Assembly (NCBI RefSeq): GCF_018977255.1
Contig: NW_024704743.1
Span: 16,680,001-16,744,000, forward strand
DNA: 64,000 nt
Reading direction: 5' to 3'
From: Callorhinchus milii
Taxonomy: Eukaryota
Below are positions 47,613 through 61,794 of the stretch, piece after piece. The notes below the pieces were generated by a model. It saw only the letters and a program-made list of their open reading frames with translations. It ran no database searches and had not been told where the DNA came from. The position numbers and the translations under genes were made by a program. Position 1 is the first letter of the stretch. Each line of letters starts with the position of its first letter.

Positions 47613-48095
47613 TGACATACTGACTAAAGGCACCATGAGCAAAGCACAGTCCATAATCAAAAAGGATGATTATCTTCTACTCCATCGTCAGAGATTAAGG
47701 AACTTCTTTTATAACAGGCCTCAGATAAGAGCAACGAACTGGTGGAGATACTGTCAGTTAAGAACACTAAAAATTATTAGCATTTATGTTGCACTTTTCA
47801 TGTAAATTAACAACACAACAACAACAACAAAAATACATTTATAGAGCGCCTTTCACGTTGGGAGGACGTCCAAATATAAGCATCTTGAAGGGCTTTACTA
47901 AATACAGTATAATTGACTAGAAATTAAATGAATGTTATATAGTCAAACACACCAGCAACATCCTGGAAATAATAGTGAGACAGGCAGCTAATCAATTTGA
48001 ACATGGAGATAAATTTGGATCAGGAGGGGATTATAACCCAGGACAATTGGGAGGGAGACTCCACGCCTCTTTAATGTAGCAACAGAAGGGCCTGC

Positions 48096-49225
48096 AACAA
48101 CAACAACTTGCATTCATACTTGCCCTCACGCAGGATAGCGTCCCAGAGCACCTGATAGTGGTGGAGCACAATGCTAAGCTGGGGGGAAAGGGAGGTGACT
48201 ATAGGCACTGCTGAATAGGAAGGTCTTCAGGTGTGATCTGAAGATCGGGAAGGAAGGGGCAAGGCAGAGGGATAGAGGAAGAGTGTTCCAGAGTTTCGGG
48301 GTGTAGTAGCTGACAGCGTGGCCACCGATGGTGGAACGGAGGGCACCAGGGACATGTTTAAGGCTGGAGCCAGTCAAGCGGAGTCAGCAGGTTTTGGGTT
48401 GGGAGGTAAGCAGGTGGGAGAGGTAGGGAGGTGCCAGGGCATGAAGGGATTTGAAAATGAGTGTGAGGATCTTGAAATCAATTTGTTCAGCGATAAGGAG
48501 TTCTGACTAGAACTGGTGTGAAGGGGGTGCGGAGTTCAGTGATGGTGAGTATGTGGGCGGCGGGGTTCTGGATCAGTTGGATTGTGTGGACGATGGAGCT
48601 TCGCCAACACCTCTTCCCTCAGGCTGCTTTCACCCACACATTTATTACATCCAGGCTTGACTAAGCCAACTCCCTGCTTGTCGGCCTTCCCAACTCTTCG
48701 CTCAACAAGCTGCAGATTATCTAGAACTCTGCAGCTCGTGTACTCTCCAGCACCAGGCTCCATGACCCCATCACACCCACCCTCGTCCGGCTCCACTGGC
48801 TCCCTATCCCACAGAGGATAGAGTTACAAATCCTCGTTCTCACCTTCAAGGTCCTCCACGGCCTTGCTCCTGCCTACCTCTGTGACCTGCTAACCCTAAA
48901 TCAACCCATCCAATCCCTCCATTGAGTTATGCTCCAGCCCGGCCCCACTATTGACAGTCGGGCCTTCAGCTTCTCTGCCCACACCCTTTGGAACTGTATC
49001 TCCCTGTCCCTTTGCCTCACTCCCTCCCTTGCCTCCTTCAAAGCACGTCTCAAGACCCTCCTCGTAGAACGCATATTCGGCGACCCTCCGACCCCTACCC
49101 TCCCTGCCTCCACAACTCCTGATCCCAACCACCTGCTCGGGTCCAAATCTTGGACCGCACAGCGCCTTGGGATGTCCTCCCGACGTGAAAGGTGCAATAG
49201 AAATGTAATTTTTCGTTGTTGTTGT
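48096..49225. mobile_element. Two back-to-back L2 fragments (- 48096-48540; + ~48570-49225)
   Basis: STIGGHAVSYYTPKLWN and DSRAFSFSAHTLWN translations; tails point outward. Confidence 0.78.
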
Positions 49226-50269
49226 GTTCAACACAAACCTTCCTCTGCAGGTTGCCTTCACTTCATCCCGCTCGTGGGCTGCTTTGTTTAGAAACAAGAA
49301 AAACAAGGAAAACACATGCTTTCAATTGTAACGTGATGGGATATCTTGTATCTTCTCTTTGCCACTTCCCAAACCCTAGCTGTCTCACAGTTCTGCAAAT
49401 CCCTTTTCAGAATCCCCTGCGGAGAATTGATTCTGGCAACAAATGACACACAAGTTTAAAATAACAATGATGTTTGTTTGTATGAGACAGAAATTGAATA
49501 GTGTAATTGTTTGTTTCTGATAAAGGAGGTTAACTCAGAGGCAGGGCTGCGGAATTACACTCCTCCCCCGCGTCTCCCAACTCCGCATTTTAGACTTTTC
49601 AAAGCAGTCATGACCGGGACAAAGAGTGGCCATTGTGATTCCCATCTGCTCCGCACCTCTGAAGTTCTTTCTCAATGAGGAAGGCATCCAATTGTGTGTT
49701 TACAATAATAAGATAACCACTGAGCTAGAGGACTCCAAAAGTACAAAAGTTCCTGGTGATGTTTTGCTCTCTGCAAAATGGTCAATCTGATTCACTCCTG
49801 TGCTTTCATACTGTGACTAAAGAAACCATATGTTTGAGTTACAGTGTTTTTAATCTGTGAAATCTGCTCAGTATCTCCATCGTAACCTATAAATTCAGGT
49901 TGGGGCTGCGGTTTGGGTTCTTACTAATAAGGAGTGCACAGACTGACAGACTGAAGAATCTGCTGCTGTGAATTCATGAATGTGGACAAAAATGCTTCTC
50001 ACAGCATTTCTCACAGCATTTCTAATCATCACGCGGAGAGATGGCCCCTTCATTAGCCCTCTGTGAACACCAGCGCTTTCTACCGCACTCTTCCCTGGGG
50101 AGAAGGAGAAGTTCAGACTCTGGATTTGACAGCCTGGAAATAACATTGGTGGTGATCGGCAGCCGCGCACAAAGACACTTTCCAAACCCCGCAGGAAAAT
50201 GGGAAATTCAGATGTATTCTGCAGTGCTAGGGAAATTTCCAACACTTATAAGTGTATCATAAGTGTTGT

Positions 50270-50638
50270 AGAATTCTGTAACGTGTTGGTTAGAGCACCG
50301 GTCTCGCAAGTGAGAGGACCCAAATTCGATTCCCGGGCAGGGCGAAAAGTTAGACAAGTTTCCTTACTCCACACATCTGTTTACCTTGCAGTAACTAGGA
50401 ACATGATTGTTAGTTGATTGATGGATCGCTTTTCCAGGGGTAATAAACCTTCAATTTTTTTTAAAAAATTTGCTCACTCAATCCATGATTGTTTGTGGGA
50501 CGCTGCTGTGTGCTGCCGTGTTTTGCTCACAAAATGTACAGTCAATTCATTTTACGGTATATTCTTTGAAGCACTTTAAGACATCTTGAAGATTTGATAA
50601 GACTCTATATGAAATACAAGGATTATTATTATTATTAT
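50270..50638 (+). mobile_element. Young tRNA-headed SINE, full length
   Basis: ttggttagagcacc...ttcgattcccgggcaggg head, body, (TTA)n tail. Confidence 0.85.
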
Positions 50639-51500
50639 AAGGAGAGATCACACCTAGATCATCAACAGATTTGTTCACTCTAAGACTGAGAACAGAACTG
50701 TTCACTCCAAGATTGACATCAATGCTGCTCACAACTGCATGAAGCACTTTGAGATGTCCATCAGGCATGAAAGACACTATATAAATGTAAATTGTAGTTG
50801 TTGTATACCAGTGGTTGTGAATTCCAGATTTTCAACAATTAGCTATATTAAAATTATTGTTGAATCTATTTAGCCACCGTGTTACCATACGTTTCCTGAA
50901 TGCATTTTAGAGAATATTAATCATCTGCCTGCGAGACTGAAAATGTCCTTGCATAAAGCAGGAAGGTAGATGCAGTTTCTGTACATTAGAGAAAATGCGA
51001 TCACATTTGTGGTATTTCTTAATGGAATCCTTTAACAAGGAATGTTTTTAGTGTGTTCAGTCAAATCACTTTAGTGGCGGCAGTTTGTGAAATGGTCTGA
51101 ATTTTCTCCCACTTGTCATTCACAAAGATCTGGTCTGGCTCCAGAGTGCTCTACCCTGCCCACAATGTTTCAGCCTTGGTAATAAACCTTAGTAAAGGCT
51201 CATCACGATTTACGAGTTGGAATAGTTTTCCACAAATAAGTAGCTGATAAGTGAAGGTGTGTAGAAGAATGCCAATCTGTAAAATTCAATAAATGTCTGA
51301 CTGTTGCTTCAAACACATTGTGAAATAGCTTAATCTTAATGCTGGAGACAACCTGAACCAATGTTTGGATTATTCTTTCCTGTAGAGTTTAAATCTGGCA
51401 TCTATCCATTGCACAATGGTTAATATCATGTTGGCATCCTCTGCATTATTCTGCATACAAACTTGATGTGTTGGCCTCTTGTCAGATTTTGAGAGTGCCC

Positions 51501-52046
51501 ACAAGATCACAAGATTGGTTTGGAAGAAGAAGGCTGTTTGGCCCATCTGATCTCTTCCTTCCAGAACACTACCCTACTGTCCCTCCATCACAGCATCAAG
51601 CTATTTTTTAAAATGAGTCCAGTGACCTGGTCTCTACCACTCTTCCTTGCAACTGTTTTCAGTCATTACCCTCTGGGTAAATAAATATATCCTGAAATTG
51701 TCCTTTGCAATTCTATATCTTGCCCTTTTATTTTGCTGTCTTGCTGCAAAAGTATTGTTCTAGGTTTACTTTATCAATCCTTAATGTACCGTTATAAAGT
51801 TTCTTCTGAGACATCTCCTTTCAGTCCTCATTGTTATTATGAAGATCAAGACACCAAGAAGTATTTTTTTACACTGAGGGTAACCAATAACTAGGACAAG
51901 TTACCAGGAAGGTTAGTTGGACCGGGACCCTGGACTCATTTTAAAAAATCACGAAAATGATGGGAAGATGGATATTCTGGAAAGATGAAATCAAATCGGT
52001 CGAAGAGCCTTCTTCATCCGAATCTCCCTTGTGATGATCTTGTGAT
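51501..52046. mobile_element. Two opposite-orientation CR1-like 3' ends
   Basis: acaagatcacaag...ccttccagaa mirrored by ttctggaaagatg...tgatcttgt. Confidence 0.55.
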
Positions 52047-53086
52047 TATAGGGTGAGATAGAAAATCAATCAAATGTTTATGTTATTTGTGTATGGCTTT
52101 GGGGTTTGCAACACATGTGCACGAAATATCTTCACAACTGTAAAATAAAACAAAATATAAGGCAATTTAGCAACGCAATAGCAACAGACGACATACAATA
52201 TTGTACAAAACAAACTTCAATGATGTCAATAATGGCTCTTAAATTATCTGCAATTGTCGTGGTTTCACCCATTAATAATGGGAAATGAAAACTATGGATC
52301 CACAAATTGCCTTTGAGATTTTACAGACTGTCAGAACTGCAGAAGAATCAGTTGCTTCCATCAACATGATTTTAATATTCAGCATATTTAGTGTATACTA
52401 TAATTGTGCCTAAAATGAATACAGATCATATTATCATATCTATCATGTCTGAGATGGAACACAACCATATCCTGCCCACAGATCTAAACTTGTTAGACAA
52501 TTGGCAGATCGCTTTCCAGTGATAATAATCCCTTCAAGATAATAATAATTTGGTCACTCGATCCACGACTGTTTATGGGAACTGTTGTGCACAATTGGCT
52601 GCCGCATTTCACCCATAAAATATACCGTCACTACACTTTACAGTGTATTCTGTGAAGTGCTTTGTGACATCTTGATGATGTGATAAGGCGCTATATCAAA
52701 TGCAAGGATTATTGTTATATTATTGTATAATATCCTTTTTGAAAATAGATTATTGCCATCATCAAGCATATAATATTCAGATTTATTCATGTAAATATAA
52801 ATAAAAATGTAGTGAAAATTATTCAAATTGACTATAGTATATATCAGATGTCACTTACTGCAATGTACATACACTGCAACGAAAGCTTGCTATTACCTTT
52901 CCTCACAGCTAATAATCAGGTAGAGGTTTAACAGATGTCTTAATCCTAGACAATCCACACTGGATTCTTGTCTATTCCAGAGCACAGCAAATGCAGTAAC
53001 ATGTTTGTAAGTCAACAATGCACTGGTGAGTATCTAGTAATTGTCAGTTTCTTCATTTAAAATTTCAACTGTTTGAAATGAACTGT

Positions 53087-54092
53087 TCACCTGTACTGTG
53101 TATATAGGGTTCTCGCTATCACCTGTACTGTGTGTGTAGGGCTCTGGCTATCACCTGCACTGTGTATGTAGGGCTCTGGCTATCACCTGCACTGTGTATG
53201 TAGGGCTCTGGCTATCACCTGTACTGTGTGTGTAGGGCTCTGGCTATCACCTGCACTGTGTATATAGGGTTCTCGCTATCACCTGTACTGTGTGTGTAGG
53301 GCTCTGGCTATCACCTGCACTGTGTATGTAGGGCTCTGGCTATCACCTGCACTGTGTATGTAGGGCTCTGGCTATCACCTGTACTGTGTATGTAGGGCTC
53401 TGGCTATCACCTGTACTGTGTATGTAGGGCTCTGGCTATCACCTGTACTGTGTATGTAGGGCTCTGGGTATCACCTGCACTGTGTATGTAGGGCTCTGGC
53501 TATCACCTGCACTGTGTATGTAGGGCTCTGGCTATCACCTGCACTGTGTATGTAGGGCTCTGGCTATCACCTGTACTGTGTGTGTAGGGCTCTGGCTATC
53601 ACCTGCACTGTGTATATAGGGTTCTCGCTATCACCTGTACTGTGTGTGTAGGGCTCTGGCTATCACCTGCACTGTGTATGTAGGGCTCTGGCTATCACCT
53701 GCACTGTGTATGTAGGGCTCTGGCTATCACCTGTACTGTGTATGTAGGGCTCTGGCTATCACCTGTACTGTGTATGTAGGGCTCTGGGTATCACCTGCAC
53801 TGTGTATGTAGGGCTCTGGCTATCACCTGCACTGTGTATGTAGGGCTCTGGCTATCACCTGTACTGTGTATGTAGGGCTCTGGCTATCACCTGTACTGTG
53901 TATGTAGGGCTCTGGGTATCACTTGTACTGTGTATGTAGGGCTCTGGGTATCACCTGTACTGTGTATGTAGGGCTCTGGCTATCGCCTGTACTGTGTATG
54001 TAGGGCTCTGGCTATCGCCTGTACTGTGTATGTAGGGCTCTGGCTATCACCTGCACTGTATATGTAGGGCTTTGGCTATCACCTGTACTGTG
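53087..54092. repeat. 32-bp minisatellite, ~31.4 copies (TCACCTG[T/C]ACTGTGTATGTAGGGCTCTGGCTA)
   Basis: Head-to-tail units at a constant 32-bp period with no spacers and only substitution variants. Confidence 0.97.
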
Positions 54093-54210
54093 GAAGTGGA
54101 CATTCACGTGTACTGTGGATTACAAAGAAAGATTTATAAGGAATGTAGAGCACGTACACAGGATACTCGTCCTAACCAGTACGTGCTGGTGTTTATACTC
54201 CACAGGTGTC

Positions 54211-54690
54211 AACAACTTGCAACAACTTGTGTTTATATTGTGCCCTTCATGCAGGGTAGTGTTCTGGAGTGCTTCAAAGTGGCAGAGTCCAACAACAAGT
54301 GAGGGGAAGAGGGAGGGCGGAGCTGCCTGTAAGCATGATGAAAAAGGAAGGTGTTTAGGCAGGATTTGAAGATTGGGAGGGAGGGGGCAAGGCGGAGGGA
54401 TTGAGGGAGAGAGTTACAGAGTTTCGGGGCATAGTGGTTGAAGGCACCGATGGTGGAACGGAGGGCACAAGGACAAGTAGGAGGCCGGAGCCAGCCAAGT
54501 GGGGGCAGTGGTTGAGGGAGTGGGGTATAAGCAGGTCAGATAGGTCGGGAGATGCGAGAGAATGAAGTGATTTGAAAATGAGTGAGAGGATCTTGAAATC
54601 AATCCATTCAATGATTGGGAGCCATCACGCCAGTCCACTGGCAAGGACTGGTGTGATGGGGGTCCGGAGTTTCGTGCAGGTGAGTATCCG
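54211..54690 (-). mobile_element. L2-type LINE 3' fragment
   Basis: Homologous to 13125 and 48096. Confidence 0.75.
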
Positions 54691-57600
54691 AGTTTTGAAT
54701 ATACTTCGACGGAGTCTTCACCCATTCCTTACACCTTCCCATACCCTTTTATTCCGCTCTCCCTCATGTGAAGGTCTAGCTTCCTCTTGAATGCAGCTTT
54801 ACTCACTGATAGAAGCCCAAGACCCCATTTGCCTTGTTATAGCCTTATCTGTCTGTGTAGCGTCTTTTAGAGACATGTGAATGTGAGGCTCTCACCTTTA
54901 CTTTTACAACTAGAATCAGAAAAGTGCTTAGATTTTATCAATAGCTATAGAGTAAAGGAACCTGAAAGAAACTATTGCTATGAGATGATTCTGTTTGTCA
55001 GAATAGCCAGCTGAAAATCTATTCCGCCTACAAAGAGCCATTCACAGCTGGTGAACTGGCAAATGGTAAATCTGGCAAACTAGATGCCATTTTCAAGGCA
55101 AATAAAATGAACTGTTTAAAAGTTAGTTATAACGTTAATACATTAAGGAAATTGGCTGTCTTCCGGACAGAGCAAGGTCTTGTAATGATTCATTATTTAG
55201 TTGTGAGCAAGACTCTGGTCTCAGATTTTCCACTGGCAGGAATCTGTTAACATGTGGTCTGGAAGCGGATAACTGCACATCACAGTCTTTTCCAGCATCA
55301 TTAAAGTTTGCAACAATTTGTTTATTTTCCAAGCTACAGATAAGGTTTCAGTTTAGAACCATAGAAGCAGCTAAAGGAGGGTTGCTGGACCTCCGGTCTG
55401 GAACCATGGCCCGGAAGCACAAATTCCTCTTGCTTGACTCAGTTTGATTAATGTGTGATTTACTGCATGGACGCAGACATGAAGGACCAGGGAAACGGTC
55501 TGCTTTTCAGCAAGGTTAATCTTTAACTAGCTTAGCCAGAGTTCTGATATTACTAACAATAAATAACAGGCTAAAACTTTTGTACATGAGATTTCAAACA
55601 TTTAAAATAAAAATTAAATGCACATATGAGAACAGAAAGCTCAATGCATTTGTGGGCAAAATGACCTTTGCCCTCAAGTGGGCTAGCTGGTCTTTTTACA
55701 ATAGTGTTTTGTGCCACATAATTAATGCTATTTTCAGTCAAATATTTGCTGCATACTTCAAGCATGACTATGTAGGCTCTAAGGCAACTTGAAATGGACC
55801 TAGAGAGCAATTTGAAAGGGTCAGGAGGTCGGCAACAGCACAAAAATGCAGAACCTCATTTGTTTCACTGCTATCTTTCCACTGAACCTGTGCTTGCCCG
55901 GCTGCCCTCTGACTTGTTTACATCACTTACAAGATTTTATTATGCAGAACAGTCACAGGCAAAAACACACCAGGGAGTAGTTAGTGACTCAGGGTAATGC
56001 TATTGGCATTACCTCTGATAATGCAGTCCTAAAAATTATTAATGAAATGGATTTTCTTTGAATTAATCAAAACTTTTGTTAAACGGTTGCTGGAGTGTGG
56101 AACTAGATTTTGATGTTGTGGACTGAATAGGAAGATCCAGGTCCAGGAAAGACATTGCCATCCACCTCTTTTATTCAAAGAAATCTTGCATTACTCTATC
56201 TATGTTGGTGCTCCAATGCAGTCCTGGCAGTGTGCTGTGTTGTCGATGTGTCATTCTCTTCAAGCCTGTTTGTGGGATACTGCTGAATTGCAAATTGGCT
56301 GCCACGTTCACCTACATATAAAGTAGATAAGTCACTACTCTTTACAGCAAATCCCGTGAGGCACGTTGAGACATCCTCTTGACTTGAAAAAATCCTATAT
56401 CAAGTGCAAAGTTTTTTATTATTATCTCCTTATGCCCTCAATTGATTTCTACGGAAAATTCCTACAGTGTCTAATTCTCTCCTGAATTTGCTGACACAAT
56501 CTGTCTCCACTGCCTCTATAGGTAGTCTGTTCCGAACTCACCACTCTCTGGGTAAAGTTATTAAATCTGAGCTGTCTGTTCACCTTCCCTCGTTTGAATC
56601 CATGTCCCCTTGTTCAAAACTCCAGTCTGTATTCCCCTTATAACACTAATTAACTGCAACCACATACAGCACAATGTAATTGTTCAAAAAACGCAGTTCA
56701 ACAACAAATAATAATGTTTGAATGAGCGGATGTTAGGATTTTGCTGTGGTAGGGTTCTGACCTGCTGTGCAGTTCCAGGATTTTAATATCGCTGACTGCA
56801 TCTGTTTTCTTTCCCATAGGCACAATCCCAACCGCTGAGTGATCTACAAACAGCAGTGAAGCTCAGCAACAGCCATCCCTTAAAGTGTGACTCCCACACA
56901 CATATCACAGTCTATTACCATCAGACCTCCTCCGCCTGAAACACTGGAGCTTTCACATTGCATTTCCTCCTGTTACTACAACCCCAATTTCGGATCGGCA
57001 AAGGGAAAGCAAACACATGGCAAAAGGAAAAAATGAGTCGCCTAACAGTGGCTCAGTTTAGTGGAGACTGCAGTACCATCTAGGAATATTTTCAGAATGT
57101 TTAGTTTTAACTATCAAAGCATTTCTTCAATGCACTGTATTAAAATTCTTAAAGAGAAACTATAAAAAGCAGTGGTTTGGTGCCATTTGAGCTTATTTTT
57201 AACGTGCAACCATATGGAGTGAGTGTCTTTTGATGTTGAGAAATCATCTCTAACTGCATGACAAGAAGACTCGAGCTGCATCCTTTGAGTTATTAAGACG
57301 GCATTGCAACATTCACTGTAATTCATTGCAAATCAATGTCTCTTTATTTCAAGGAATTTTGCAAGTTTTGACCAATTAAATGGAATCTAATCAATGGAGT
57401 GCTGTTAAATCGGGTTTATGTTCCCACGTGTGTCATATAAAATAAACTGGAAGAAAAATTGCTAAAGCTGTTTTATTTTTCTGTGGGACATTCTAACCAC
57501 AGAGGCAGCCATTTACCTTGGAAAGGTTTACACAAGTTCGACATTCAATAATCTATATGAAAGGAGTAGTGGAAGAAATGGAGACAAGAAACTCTGAACC

Positions 57601-58540
57601 AAATCCGGTGAAGTCTTGCTGTATAGGGGATTGCCTAGAGTGAAAAAAAATTTTCACTCAATCCATGACTGTTTGTGAGGCACTGCTGTGTGCTGTTGTG
57701 TTTTGCCAAAAAAACACACAGTAAATCCACTTTACAATATATTCTATGAAGCTCCTTGAGATGTCTCAATGATGTGATAAGGCGCTATATCAAATGCAAG
57801 GATTATTATTATTATTTACGTTTCAGGCTCTTTTGTTAGTAGCTACCCAGAGATATCCAGGTAGAATGAAGTTTAATGTGGAGAAATGTAAAGTACTTCT
57901 CACGGGGACAAAAATTCCAGGAAGGGACTATTATTTAAAAGAGAAGGAAATAATATGTATGGAAAATGAAAAGGACCTTGTGTCAGGGCGAAGTTCCCGT
58001 AAATCAGCACAATGTAGCTCCAGTTTGCTCAGTAAGCAATCCTATTAGAAATTTTTGCACATTATATGTTATATAGACCCTGCCCCTTTCACCTTACGTC
58101 CCTAGCATTGGTAATGCCTTCAACAACATGACTAGACAAGTATTGGCCTGGAACAGTATTAGACACTGTAGGGTTAGGGACAGATTGAGAACACAATGGT
58201 TTCTGTTGCCGGCTGATCTGTGGACTAATCTTGCAGTTTATGCTTGATTAGCCTTGGGCTGCCGGGAGCATTTATGTAGATTGTTTTTCCACGAGATAGA
58301 GTGATGAGGGGAAGGGGTCAAATCCACTATAGAGTAAGTCTTGCATAGTTGAAAAAGAGATAAAAGAATGAAGTGCATTTTGATAAAGCAGCTACAACGT
58401 TTGCATTGCTGTAGAGTGTAGCAACTTCCTTTAGGTTAACGCAGCAGCCATTTTGCACACAAGTTCTCACCAACAGTTATGAGGTGAACGATCAATTCAT
58501 CTATATCAATTGCAAGGATTATGATTGTTATGATCCAGAG

Positions 58541-58948
58541 CAGTGTGGTCCAACAGACAGCATCCGGCTCGGCAGGTGATTGTATCCGGCCCGCGACCAT
58601 CTCCAACATTCCAACTTCTGCTCCCTCCCTCCTTGAAACATCATCGCAGGGCAGCGGCAGGAGAGTGGAAATAATACCGACCGTTACTACAGTCTATCAG
58701 TCCTTAAGTTACTAAGGACGCGGTTGGTAAGAGACGCGTTTGCCTTCCTGACAGACTGCAGTAATGGCTGGTATTATTTCCAGTCTCCACTATGCGTTAT
58801 CCCAATCGACGGCTCCTGCTGCTGCCCTGGGAGGACGTTCACCAGGGAGGGAGGGAACGAAAGTTAGGATGTTGGAAATGGTCTCGGGCTGGATAAAATC
58901 TTCGGCTGGGCCAGATGTGGCCCGTGGGCCACCAGTTGGACCATACTG
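58541..58948. mobile_element. hAT-like non-autonomous DNA transposon (MITE), almost fully palindromic
   Basis: Terminal inverted repeats CAGTGTGGTCCAAC / GTTGGACCATACTG (13 of 14 match); GGCCCG subterminal motifs; internal arms complementary for about 150 bp. Confidence 0.75.
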
Positions 58949-60399
58949 GATGCAGTCCGCGGACCTTTCTCAAATTGGGAATCCAGCCCGTGGCAGTCAA
59001 AAGGTTGAACCACCCTGATCCAGAGGATTGTGGACCAGGATATCGGTAGAAATTCCCTTCTCTATTCAAAATAGTATCATGAGAATTGCAATATCGACCT
59101 TAGCAGGAACGGTTGGTTTAATGTCTCATTCAAAGGTAGTATAATATCTGACAATATTTGAGCAGCAGTACCCCAGCACTCCACTGTCAGCCTAAACTCA
59201 AAGCTCAAGTCTCAGTGCGAGGCTTGAACCCACAACCTTCTGACTCAGAGGCAAAAATTCTACCAACTGAATCAAGGTGACAACTCAGAGAGGGTTTCAT
59301 GGGCCCCCAAAAAACCTTTCTCGTTCCATTCTGTGTGGGTTGAACGAGCCACTTTGTATGTATGTGATGCTTTTAATATTCCTTCGTTGAGCACCAAAAC
59401 TCCTGTTAATTCCTGTGCTGAGACACAACATGTGTAAATGAGTTCCATCTGGTATGTGTTAACTAAATTGATTGTTAGTAACAATGTTAGTTCCATTAAC
59501 TTATAAAAGGAATTGTTTGGGTAATGTCTCCCATCTGGATCCTGATTATTGTTCCACACAGATAACAGTGAAGGTAAGATGAAGGTTTGAATGAAGAATG
59601 CCTTTCGGTCCACCTGATTTCACCTTTCCAGAATACTCACCCTACTGTCTTCCTATCATAGCAAAGAGCTGCTTTTTAAATAAGTCCAGCATCCTGGACT
59701 TTAGCCGTCTTCTTTTAATGAGCTAATTTACTCCTCCTCAGTCGTTTGTATTGGGAATCTGTTTCACTGCACTTTGCGGAAATCTTTTTTTCTGAACTTC
59801 AGTTTCTCTCGAGGCTTGTTAATTTGAATGCTGTGTCCTCCAAGTCTGTGTTCGCAATCCAAGTTCTCAGTAGATTGACGTGAATAGACTGGGTCCACTT
59901 GCTTCATCTGTGGTAAAGATTTGATATCCATAAGGTGCAGATCTCTATTAAAGAGGTGGAAGCCTTCTCTCACCAATATTGGGAGAAAAAACAGGATTAT
60001 CCTCAAGCATAGAATTTGCACATCTACCCCAGGGTGAGGGGGAAGGGAGGGGACTTGGCAAATTGTTGAATTCAGTCGTATGTGACTTGCAGAAAATTGG
60101 CTCCAATATTTAAACTATTTGAGAATTTTCCAAATTCTGGACATTCTAAGATGCTCTGAAATTAGTGTAAATCTAGATGCAGGTGTAATTGTAACCCTGG
60201 TGACTTGAACATAATAACAAGTATGCAGCATCTGATCTGGTTCATATACAGGAAGAGGTTGTCTTCATGTCTACTGGTTCAGTGATGCACACATGTACCC
60301 CATCAATCCAGGAGAAAGCAGTTTGCTTGATCTGAACCAGGTCACTCAAATCAAGATTCCCTCCCTTTCACTGACACACTGTACTGTATTGTGCACTAC

Positions 60400-60700
60400 C
60401 TACAGAATGCACAGACGCAACTCACCAACTTCCCATCCTTGTGACCTCTACCCTCACAGGAACACTACTGCCTCCAAATTCCCCTCCAAGTTACTCGCCA
60501 TCTTAACATGAATATGTACTGCCATTAATTCATTATCCCTGGGTCAGAGTCCTAGCTCTCCCTAGCCAAGACTATCACAAGGGCACCAGCACTACAAGGG
60601 TTATGGTGGTTTAAAGAGAAGTCCCATCACCACCTTCGCAGGGCAACTAGACATGGGCAATGCACGCTGGGCTCTTCCAGCATCACCCACATCCTGAGAC
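60400..60700 (+). mobile_element. Old LINE 3' end (CR1/L2 supergroup)
   Basis: ttcccctccaag...caccaccttcgcagggcaactagacatgggcaat...cacccacatcc tail. Confidence 0.5.
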
Positions 60701-61794
60701 AAGCTATAACATCAACACGCAGAATTGGGAAATGAGCTTCATCTCTGTGAATAAAATGAACGGTGGCAGCTCTGAAGATGATTCCACTCTCGACTCCAAA
60801 CCCGAGTCCTCATTCCTTTTTGGGGAAACAATAGAGTATCTGATAATGCGGAAACCCATCACCATGCTTAAGGGTATCCAAACCAAACTGAGAATTCCAT
60901 GCTTTCCACCTACACATTGAAATCCCAGAGATAGATTGTTGGAATGGTATGCATACTCTCTCTGTGGAGGAACCCAAGTGTATGTTGAGGTACTGTCTAA
61001 CCAGCTAAAAAAGCATAGCTTGCCATTAATATAGCTGTCCGGCAAGTTTTCCCATTGCTTGTCCAGCTAGGACCACCCTACCCATTAGGACTTTGACTTG
61101 CAGGGTTATTCATCCCAAACTGCTCTCTACACCAATACCCATTTACAGTGGACTGACTAATATTCAACATTTAAAGTGCACATTTTAAATCGTAACAGCT
61201 CTATGTTCAAAGCAATATTGATATTTATAGCTGCAGTGTAAACTTGGCCATAAAATGTACCAGATGGAGGCAAAGTCTTTTGCAATTGTTGGAAGAGTGG
61301 GAAACGTCCACTGACATGGAAACTCTGGGCTCCACCTTTTTCTCAGAGAACACTGGGCTCACAGTCCAGGAATGAGGTCACTCATGTGCTTCTCAAAACA
61401 CATGCTTCATATCCTGAAGGCTTTTAAACACTTCAAGAGGCAGTGAGAATTCTACGGCGACCTCTTGTAAAATAGAATTCTTACCTTCGATCTTAGGTTA
61501 TAGGTTTCACAGTGGAACGCAAATATTGCTGTTATATTTGCATTGAGTTGTAGCAGATGCTATTAATAGCGGCTCAGTGTAGTAAGCATCAACTGCTGCT
61601 ATCAACTGGAAATGAATCAGATGCCCAGCCAACTGCGCGAAACACTTCAGGGTGTCCTCCTGATGTGAAATGTGCTGTACATATTGCATTGTATTGTTCA
61701 ATTTCACTGATCTTCGCTGATCTTCTAAGGAAGAAAAAAAGCCTAAAGTGTAACTGTTTTTCTCATTTAGTGTTGAAAGAGTCAATACAATGAA

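Noticed and set aside
50041..50262. 73-aa ORF with good Kozak context and a DSGFDS (beta-TrCP degron-like) motif
   Set aside because: No recognisable domain, no convincing splice donor or partner exons; a 6-residue motif arises easily by chance.
53087..54092. CRISPR-like array (32-bp repeats)
   Set aside because: Units are contiguous with no unique spacers, there are no cas genes, and the DNA is vertebrate; it is a minisatellite.
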